A stretch of 16,454 nucleotides of DNA, taken from Rotaria sp. Lineage: Eukaryota. Positions within the stretch are counted from its first letter, which is position 1. Every line of letters begins with the position of its first letter. This document shows positions 1 to 8,218 of the stretch, one piece after another. Made by a program: the position numbers and the translations under genes. The stretch spans positions 84,842-101,295 of the forward strand of contig CAJNSZ010000290.1 in the NCBI GenBank assembly GCA_905329745.1. The letters run 5' to 3'. The notes under the pieces are model-generated. The model was not told where the DNA came from. It searched no databases and worked only from the letters and a program-made list of their open reading frames with translations.

Positions 1-364
1 TGAGAGGTTCGGTGCTGTCCCAGGATATCGTGTTGTTGGGCACATGAGATCTGACTTGCAATCTTCACTGTCGACATCATTTTTCTTACAAATAATCCCG
101 GTGGATCTACCTTATCTCTGATCAGTTTTAGTCGATTATAAATAGTTTTTGAGCCGATATGTACTCTTGAATGTTTATGGATGTTGTATCTGACCAACTC
201 TCAGCGTAAATTACATGCAGGAGAGATATAAACTGATCCTTTTGACGATTGTCCACATGTACAAACAAAGACTTCATCAGCTTTTTCCGGTAAATGATGA
301 ATGGTACTTTCAGAAATCAAAAGGAAACTGAGTAGAACATTGAATTCAGTGGAATTGGTGATTT

Positions 365-987
365 TTGATAGACCAGCAAACTAATGGCGATTTAAGAGAT
401 AAGTGGCCGCGGGAATTTTTCGAATAGCTTTTCATAAGAATGAGATAGAGACCTGTGGTTTTCACCGTTGAAAATAGCAGATGAAGACCAATCGAACCAT
501 ATACAAAAAGATTTTCTAACTGCTTTTGAATAGTTTTACATAAAACTTCAAGAAAAACAGCATGTCTTTCATGGTCGCGATATTAATTTATTGATTTTTA
601 AGTTTGCACTAGAACTGCGAAAGAAAGACCTACAAAGCCATATCAAGATTCTACTCATAACTAATAGCAGTGAGATATCTAAACTATTGAAGTACAATTT
701 ACCGTCTCATTTTTTCAAAAAAATAACTGAAAAATGTGAATCTTTGTAATATTTTAATTGAAAAATCACTTTTTGAACGTAGAAAAAAGCAATTGTTTGA
801 AAATGTTTGACTGAAGTTGTTAGAAAAGTAGTTAGCGAAACCTTTCTATATATGATTCGATGCATCTTCATTTGCTCTTTCTAATGGTGAAAACCGCTGG
901 TCTCTATCTTATTCGTACCAAAAGTTATTCAAAGAATGCCCACGATCACTAATCTCTGAAATGGACATTAATCATAAAATGATAGAA
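365..987. repeat. Long imperfect inverted repeat IR-A (arms ~365-555 and ~797-987, symmetry axis ~676)
   Basis: The reverse complement of 849-957 aligns gap-free with 395-503 (agagataagtggccgcgggaattttt...caatcgaaccatata vs agagattagtgatcgtgggcattctt...gcatcgaatcatata). By hand count about 86 of 109 positions match (~79%). Weaker similarity extends outward to ~365/987 and inward to ~555/797. The ~240-bp centre is not clearly self-complementary. Confidence 0.8.
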
Positions 988-1225
988 AACTAAACATCTG
1001 TGTCTTTCCGAAATCTCAATCGATATTTTTAGCTGCAAATTCATTTAATGTAGAAGCACCTGCTAACAAATATTCGTTGGGCACATGAAAAATATGCCAC
1101 TGATTTTTATATCTGACATGTCAAAATAGGCAGGCCAACTCTGATCAGTAACTGTTATTAAAAACTAAGTGATATTTTCTATCAATCTTCTATATCAAGG
1201 TCATAGTTTTCATATGATGAAGCCC

Positions 1226-1233
1226 TAAAAGTA
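1226..1233. repeat. Left copy of the 8-bp target-site duplication TAAAAGTA flanking the foldback element
   Basis: An identical octamer lies at 1226-1233 and 1758-1765. Both copies directly abut element termini that begin CA (CAGTAGTGTCGAAC... and the reverse complement CATATATGTCAAAC...). Confidence 0.7.
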
Positions 1234-1380
1234 CAGTAGTGTCGAACTTGAAACTTGAATTCAATTGAAATTTCAACTTTCAACTGAAACTTCAAATTTC
1301 AACTTTCAAGTTTCAACTTTCAACTTTCAACTTTCAAGTTTCAACTTTCAACTTTCAACTTTCAACTTTCAACTTTCAAG
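1234..1380. repeat. Left terminal inverted repeat: unique 44-bp tip followed by a tandem array of 7-bp units CAACTTT/CAAGTTT
   Basis: Direct reading gives ...tttcaactttcaagtttcaactttcaactttcaactttcaagtttcaactttcaactttcaactttcaactttcaactttcaag, with period 7. Confidence 0.85.
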
Positions 1381-1590
1381 TCGTTTCGCGACGGCTCCTT
1401 TTCTGGGCAGTCCTTTCCCGGCACCCTCACCAGCTGCGATGTGATATAGGTCGTCTCGTGATCAGTCCTTTTCTGGCCAGTCCTTTCGCAGCACCCTCAC
1501 CAGGTGCGATGTGATGTGTGTCGTTTCGTGGCCAGTCCTTTTCTGGCCAGTCCTTTCGCCGCACCCGCACCAGCTGCGATGATGTGTGTG
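1380..1590. repeat. Three tandem 70-bp GC-rich units (1380-1449, 1450-1519, 1520-~1590) in the foldback core
   Basis: The units all follow the pattern gtcgt(t/c)tcg..cagtccttttctgg(g/c)cagtcctttc(c/g)c.gcaccc.caccag(c/g)tgcgatg(tg)at.tg. Each contains an internal duplication of the motif CAGTCCTTT(T)C. They are clearly more GC-rich than the surrounding DNA. Confidence 0.85.
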
Positions 1591-1638
1591 TGAGAATGCG
1601 GGTTAGTGGTGATTCTGCAAAATGCTGCTCATTTGAGG

Positions 1639-1757
1639 CTTGAAAGTTGAAAGTTGAAAGTTGAAACTTGAAACTTGAAACTTGAAACTTGAAATTTGAA
1701 ATTTCAGTTGAAAGTTGAAATTTCAATTGAATTCAAGTTTCAAGTTTGACATATATG
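1639..1757. repeat. Right terminal inverted repeat: AAAGTTG/AAACTTG heptamer array plus a unique tip
   Basis: cttgaaagttgaaagttgaaagttgaaacttgaaacttgaaacttgaaacttgaaatttgaaatttcagttgaaagttgaaatttcaattgaattcaagtttcaagtttgacatatatg is the reverse complement of the left arm, with fewer heptamer copies (119 vs 147 bp). Confidence 0.85.
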
Positions 1758-1765
1758 TAAAAGTA
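1758..1765. repeat. Right copy of the 8-bp target-site duplication TAAAAGTA
   Basis: See 1226-1233; the octamer is identical and lies immediately outside the right terminus. Confidence 0.7.
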
Positions 1766-1788
1766 GAGATCCAACGGCCATTGATTGA

Positions 1789-2079
1789 CTTAAATAATCA
1801 TGTCCAGTACTTTTGATAACTAAGCGAAGATTATTTTCGTTGCGATAACAGCGAATTCAGGTACAGACCCTTGCTTGCATATTGTGCTGCCTGCCGATAT
1901 TGAACATGACCTGCTTTCCTATTTATGATTTCGCATTGCACCAACTAGATCAGCATACCACGTCGAATTATGCCATTGTATCTTCACTAAATTACATGCC
2001 AGAGCATCATGCATTTTGCCACTGCATACAGAAACGGATGGTTCAAACAAAAGAAGACATCCATCAATCGTTGTATTAA
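1789..2079 (+). pseudogene. Possible decayed MULE-type transposase core fragment (weak)
   Basis: The stop-free frame-1 stretch reads LKISCPVLLITKRRLFSLRIQRIQVQTLACILCCLPILNMTCFPIYDFALHQLDQHTTSNYAIVSSLNYMPEHHAFCHCIQKRMVQTKEDIHQSLY*. Three motifs occur in the right order and roughly the right spacing: CPV-LLxxK, then P-I-Y-D-F-A-L, then F-C-H-x-x-Q-K-R-x-V-Q. They resemble the FPxVYxLLxxK ... DFExA ... C-x-F-H-x-x-Q-x-x-x-R-K-x-Q pattern of animal FLYWCH-associated MULE transposases as I recall it. The fragment has no ATG context, and this is motif recognition only. Confidence 0.3.
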
Positions 2080-5000
2080 ATAATTGCGACGTAAGAGAAT
2101 TCGGTCAACATGATGAGTGGCTAGCAAGACAACGGTATTGGCGTTCCTCAATAGAATAATGCACTTCATAGATTGGTCTTTAGATGATTTAATAAGAATG
2201 ACTTGCCTCTTGCAGCTAACTGTTGACTTATAGCCATCACGATGAAGTACATGATCATATATACGATGCGACATGACATATTATGTATAACGTCCATTAT
2301 TTGACTAGCTGATTTCATATATTTGTGTACGTCACATTTGTATAGAGAAAAGACATTCTTTATCTTTATAATGACGTCGCATATCTTAATGCTGCAGATT
2401 TGTATTGACGTCCGTAATACTTTCTGTGATCAGTAATGTGAGGCAATAAAATAACAAGTATAACTTACCTTTGATTTTAACCGTGGTACTATGTCATCAA
2501 TGCAAAATACCGAAATAACTGATAGAAATATTTTTTGATCCCGAAGAAGCTGTCACTACTAAAGAAAACATTCTGCATGTTCTGATCGACTATTTACAAT
2601 GGCAATTTTTAAAATGCATTTGAACAGATTATGTTAGATAATATCATAGAATCAGAAGCGTTCATATAAGATTTACATCCATGCAGTTTTAAAAGATTCA
2701 ATTTCATTGATTCACTTGAGCAGATCCCTCTTTCTATCAGCTAGCTGTCCATCGCCTACTATTCCATCATGTAGAAGATGACCGAAGATACCAAGTAGTT
2801 CTTTATTCATCATCTGTATGAAACTCCTTCCTACTTATAAGTAATCATATAGAACATATCTTTTAAAACTAATTCAACAACACGAAGATCAATTCTTACG
2901 TTTCTTTATGTTGTTCATCATTGATATGCCTCGTTTAACTGTTTGAATTCTTTCTGACTCGATGAAATCATCATGTAATCCTTGACTATGCTTTGAAAGG
3001 TAACATGTTTCTTTTATTCCTACAGTGCTGGCACTTATAATTTTCGTTGTACTGATTGAATTCTATCGAAAGGAATGCAATGAAACTAAAACTCCTATTT
3101 AAAAATTGTTTTCTTTCGACTTAGACGGCAGTAATTACTCTACGAAGACTAAACACTATTTTGATGCTTTAATTTCAGGACTGACTTGTTCTGTTTGTAA
3201 ATTTCTTTCTTAGGATGAAGAGAGAAAACACATGCATGCTTGTGCTGCTATAAACTGAGTTTATTCTTCAAAATAAATACGCTGTACAAGATGCAGGGTC
3301 TTTCAAGTTTTATCACTTTATATATTTATTATGTTATTAAAACACATCATAGTTTCCAAAAGATTAAATTTTCACATTTGGCTATCATTTAGATGCATTT
3401 ATACAGCATTTAAATCAACATCTGATAATATATATGATATGTTTTAAATAAAAAAACGTGTCTATGCAATGCAGGCCTTGACTTCTATTGCATCATGATA
3501 CAATCTTGTCAATAGTTCCTGAAAGAGCATGAATAGATTCTATTCTGAAATTCAACTACAAAATACTCGGCATCATTTTTTTGTTAGCTCTGAAATATGT
3601 TCTATCATAAAAACTGTTCATGTATCATTAGAAAGTAGTCTAACCAATACAAATCTATGGCTTGTTTGTATAAGACTATCAGATACTGCAGTTATGATTT
3701 TAGAAATTTCATATTTATTATAATCGTTTATAAACAAAAAGACCTTAACTGTATTTTCTTCATTTATTTCAAAACGGTTGTTTGGTAAATCACTTCGAAA
3801 TAGCATAGACATCTGAGTGTAACATACAGAACCACATCCCCAATATGATAAAATGATAGAGCTGTTTAGTAGTGATATTGAATTAATGAATATAAGAAAA
3901 CTCAATATGTCTCATATAGATCTTAGAATTGATTCATTGCGCACGGCTATATCGAAATACGTGACAGACTATTTGAATAATATATTACATACAATTTTTT
4001 TTCAATCTAATAGAAACAATTTTGACATAGCATTGTTGCTAGGTACTGTCACATAACAATATTAAATATGCGAGCATGGTATTAACCAAAAAAAGGTCAC
4101 TGTGACTGTAAATATATGCCATGATATATCGAAAAACCTAGTCATTTAATTTTTTTTCAATCACACTAACAGACAACTATTCGATTGATATCCAATATAA
4201 CACAAAACTTTTGAGACGTATGGAAAATTGTAAAATTTTGAATAATATTATTTTTTTGTGGCTAATGGCAATGATTAAAAGGATTTCTGTTTTCAAAATA
4301 TTCTGTACTAGACTATATCATGCATGATCTATTAGTAGATTGCAGTTTTTAATTTCCCATTTTCATCACTAATATCGCTGTGAGATGTTCACTGTCAAGT
4401 GCATAGAATTGAGAGGTCTTCATCGCAAGTGATTAAAGTGATTTAATCCAAATTTTACAATTCCTAGTAGAAAAATAGTGCCAGGAGTTTTTCCTATGGT
4501 GATTTTCCTATTCAAAAATATTTGCTGTATTAGTCATGAGCTCTTAAAGTCACTGTACGAGACCAGTTTTCCATCAAAATATCATTGGAAATAAAGATGT
4601 AAGATTCTGTTTTTTTTTCTACATCAAAGTAAGTATGATGAAACTGAAAATTTTATATACAATTGTTCGACACTGTTAGAATGCTAAAATATATCTATTT
4701 TGAAAAGTAGTGCTCTGATAACTTCCTGCTAAACTTTATTGAAAAAAACCGTTAGATTTTGGAAGTTCGCTCCGCACTTAGACCTTATTATTCGAATAAA
4801 GCGTAGGCATCCCAAATGGTGTCTAATGTATGGGACGCGCTATAAACTAATATCTGTACTAGTCACATGAATCCTTTTAGATTAGCTTTCAAGCTTGCTT
4901 CTTAGCAATGAAAAGAATCAAGACGAGAATATGATAACATGGCATTATAAACTATGCGAAAATTCTTTCTGTGAAAAACATCTTTTTAATTGATCTAACT

Positions 5001-5879
5001 ATTAAATCATATGAGTAAGTCCAATAATGGATTCATTTATACAAATTAAGGAATTGTTCATGCGGAATAGTTTGTAAATGACATTTAACTAAGGATAAAA
5101 GACGTCGCTATTAAATAGTATTATTAAAAATATGTACTGTCGAATTTCGAAACGAGTTGCACTTTTAACTGTAATTGAAGCAATAGGTTCCAAGTATACT
5201 CTAAGCGTAATCTACTATTTGGATCTGTGTTGTTTTACAAACCTTGATCAGATTAGAAAAATTATAATAGAGCTAGTCTCCGTAAGTGTTTTACAAAGAA
5301 TGGTACATATAAAAAACAAAAGTGTAAAAAGATGGCAGTAACAGACCTGATCATCAATGGAGCAAAGGTCAAAACTGTCGGCATTCTAGAGCATGAAGTA
5401 AGTCTGACTGATGGAATGAAAGAGGGAGACGGCGCGTACTGTTTTCAAAAATCAATAGAGAATATGCACAAGCAATGGTTCTGGAAATACGAAGATATTG
5501 AGCTATAACGCTTGTATCAATACGAGAATGAAGTTGGCTATGTAGACGATAGTTTTCGTCTGTCTTTTTCTGACGAGACAATATGCTTCTCTTTATCTCT
5601 TTCGCTTTCTTTACCTTATGCATTTTACTATATTCTTTTCCCTTGTATGTGCATAGGCATTTGTTATATGTATCATGCAGAGCGTCCTAATGCCTATTAA
5701 AAGATAACGAATGTTTTTTTCTTCTTTTCAGAACGACAACCAACATCATACATATGCGGTATATTTACACACGTAGTTTGATAAATAAACTTTATCAGAA
5801 CATATATTTGAATTATTTCCTACACTTTCACTCATGTACACTTATGCAACTGTTTGCATGCTTTTGATATCCGCTTTAT

Positions 5880-6410
5880 TTAGTTTAATGCTGGCGGCAA
5901 GTTTACTTTCTGTAAACACATGACAGGCGACCCATAATAAATCGCCGCACTTTGTATTACATATTTTAATTTCAAAGTACATAGTATTAAAAAACAAACT
6001 ATACCACGAGATGCAGCGTAAAAAGCTCCACAATTTACTGTGTACATTGTAGAGCATTCCTCGCTGTATTTTGTGGTATACTTTGTTTTTTTATGAAGAC
6101 ATATTGTGGGATTAAAAGATGAAAGGAATCCTCGTTCGTGTAGAATGAAAAGGATTCTTTCGCAATGGTGACAACTAGTCGCAGAGAATTTGGATTTTTT
6201 TTGGAAAAAAGGGCTATTATAAAATAAGTGATCCTATGTAAATTGTAAAGCTTTTTACGCTGCATCTCATGGTACATTTTGTCTTTTTAATAATACGTAT
6301 TTTGAAATAAATACACAATGCAAAATGCGGTCCTTCATTATGAGTCACCCATTATTTGAAAGTGAATTTTAATAGCGATAAAAAAACTTGCGAATGTCAC
6401 AAAACTTATG
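5880..6410. repeat. Long imperfect inverted repeat IR-B (near-complete ~0.5-kb palindrome, axis ~6140)
   Basis: The core 6002-6038 (taccacgagatgcagcgtaaaaagctccacaatttac) matches the reverse complement of 6238-6274 at 34 of 37 positions. Collinear similarity with small indels extends out to gcaagttt (5897-5904) paired with aaacttgc (6384-6391). The centre is also palindromic: gaaaggaatcc (6121-6131) pairs with ggattctttc (6152-6161). Confidence 0.8.
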
Positions 6411-6630
6411 GTGTGAAACGTTCATTAGCATCGCGTTACTCTTATTATATAAATTGTGTTGACCGTGGAAAAGTATATATCAATTTCCTTACTTTTGAAC
6501 TTACTATTTCTTATACTCTTCGTTTGCAATCATTTTGAAGAAGTAACATATATGGTAAAATTCGCGTTCACGATCAAAATATGATCAATGTTTCGTTTTA
6601 TGATAAGACTGGGACCCTTACAATATATGA

Positions 6631-6716
6631 GGCGTGGGTGTTTTGGGTGTGACTGTGACTGTGTTCTGTGTTCTTTGGTTTGAATTGGATGGGCTGTGGG
6701 TATGGATAGGTGAGGA
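6631..6716. repeat. Strand-asymmetric G+T-rich low-complexity tract
   Basis: The tract reads ggcgtgggtgttttgggtgtgactgtgactgtgttctgtgttctttggtttgaattggatgggctgtgggtatggataggtgaggatg and contains very few C residues. A short complementary CA-rich patch, cacacccacccacac, follows at 6741-6755. Confidence 0.5.
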
Positions 6717-8084
6717 TGCACTTGTTTTTTCTCTATGTGCCACACCCACCCACACTCTTTGGAAGTCCATTGATGATTATTGAAATTTTAGTTTTTTTGA
6801 TAAAATGAGATGGGCTCACAAAAATTGTTTCGAATCCTATGGTATTCGTTTTTGGTAAATATAAAGGGCTCCGTCATCGAGTTTTCTTAGTAATGGAAAG
6901 GCGTGACCATGATCATTTTGCAGATCTTTAATCGCAAGATATACAATTAGTATTGTTGGTTGGTAACGCTACTGCGAAGCCGACTGACTGCTCTGTGACT
7001 GCAAAACAATACTCTCCATAACAAAGAGGCAAAAATAAAAATCGGTAAAAAGCAAAATTCATTAATATTCTCAAAGGAAAAACACTTGTATTTGAAAACA
7101 TCGGAGTACTTGGCAAAGAAGTGGGTATCCGATGAGTTCAAAAACAGAAACAATGAAAATCGGTTCAACAGTATGTCTGCAGGTTTCAGACATAGTTCAA
7201 TGGAAGGCATGCACACTAAATTTGTCGCATTCTCTCTATCGACTATTCATTCATCATTTTTTATGCACACGTAGTGATATATAAACAATAAGGTTAAACA
7301 AACGAAAAAAGAATTATCAAAATCCTTTTTTTCTAGATTATTTCTTGATGATTTTTTAGTTCAGAAAATGTCGATCTCGATCTATGATTGCGAGAGGACA
7401 ACTCTGAAACACTCTGACAGAAATCGAACCAGCTGAAGTTCAGACAGATTCGAAGATCTGACGAGCTTCAGTTATCAAAGCAAGAAATCATTCAATAAAA
7501 TAAATTCGGATTATTTTGAAAAAAAGGTAGTAATATGCTTTTTAAAAAGAACCCATCAAAAATGTCTCACAAATTACAACGAAAGCGACATATTTTAACT
7601 TAGTATGTGTCAGCTCCAATCCTTCTCGATTTCCTCATACAGGGATGACACGTTGCGAAGACACATCGAATTACAAAACACTTGAACAGTGTAACTAAAC
7701 CATCATCTCACGGAGCAACCACTCTAATAATGTCTTAGAAAATTCGATTGCCACGTGAATAAATGTCTGACCTTTGGCTAACCAGACCAGTGAATCTGAA
7801 AATACTACGAATTTCGTACTCTCATTGTACAAATTCAAATCAACGACACATGGTTACAGCTTCTATATTACTGTTGTAGAGTGTACCCCTCATTTTTCCA
7901 CATCCACACAACATGGCATACTGTATGTGGTATTTCAAGACAACCCATTTCCTACCAATAACATCGGCTTCCATGATTTGTGTCAATTGGTTGTCAATCT
8001 CCCCGAGAAATGCACATGAGCTTTCACGTTATATGTGCATTATCTGGTCACTCTTTTCGTCGCGCCATTTCACCAGGAATATTG

Positions 8085-8218
8085 TATATTTCGGTTCGTA
8101 GTCGATCCTTTCGCAACCCGTCCTTTCTCAGTACAGATTTCGTAGCAGCTGAAGCAGCTGCCATGAAATGTATGTCACTTTATGAAGAGACCTTCCGCGG
8201 CCAGTTCTTGAACGGCAT
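8085..8218. repeat. Probable third, diverged copy of the IR-A arm repeat (same orientation as the right arm)
   Basis: Three collinear anchors match the reverse complement of the IR-A left arm. They are tatat..ggttcg (8085-8098), cactttatgaagag vs cattcttatgaaaag, and ttccgcggccagttcttgaacggcat vs ttcccgcggccacttatctcttaaatcgccat. The GC-rich ccgcggcca core is unlikely by chance in this AT-rich context. The middle part (8100-8170) instead resembles the foldback 70-bp unit (tcctttcgc..accc and cagctgc.atg). Confidence 0.4.

Larger units (their letters stand above)
1234..1757. mobile_element. Non-autonomous foldback / MITE-like DNA element (524 bp, no coding capacity)
   Basis: The two termini are reverse complements. 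cagtagtgtcgaacttgaaacttgaattcaattgaaatttcaac matches the reverse complement of the right end, catatatgtcaaacttgaaacttgaattcaattgaaatttcaac, at 39 of 44 positions by hand. The arms continue as heptamer arrays. The element is flanked by a perfect 8-bp direct duplication. The interior is a tandem repeat with no ORF other than repeat-derived artefacts. Confidence 0.8.

Noticed and set aside
35-47. Exact 13-mers shared between distant sites: GTTGGGCACATGA (35-47 and 1076-1088) and TTGGGTGTGACTG (6643-6655 and 11748-11760)
   Set aside because: Several exact 13-mer pairs are expected by chance here. Neighbouring collinear matches (atctgac, ccaactct) hint at an old repeat, but they are too fragmentary to call.
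1427-1726. 99-aa minus-strand track ORF (MKFQLSTEISNFKFQ...)
   Set aside because: It lies entirely inside the foldback element. Its sequence is a periodic translation of the heptamer array and the 70-bp tandem units, not a gene.
2284-2415. Cluster of four ACGTC / TGACGTC (CRE-like) cores within ~130 bp, as part of loose TGTAnnACGTC repeats
   Set aside because: The cluster is locally enriched, but not significant once the number of possible 5-mers and windows is considered. It is probably a remnant of a degenerate ~40-bp tandem duplication, and there is no adjacent gene to regulate.
6827-6837. tRNA T-loop-like GTTTCGAATCC; also AATCGAACC at ~490 and ~7423
   Set aside because: No complementary T-stem, acceptor stem or anticodon arm can be drawn around any of them.
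7458-7465. Hammerhead-ribozyme-like CTGACGAG, next to an 8-bp stem (agctgaag / cttcagtt)
   Set aside because: CUGANGA is expected several times by chance in 16 kb on two strands. No properly placed GAAA or three-helix junction could be built around it.
7588-7652. U6 snRNA-like pieces: ACATAT, then GGATGACACG ~55 nt later
   Set aside because: The ACAGAGA box, the AGC triad and the 3-prime part do not align. A single 10-mer shared with a ~107-nt query is within chance expectation for this window size.
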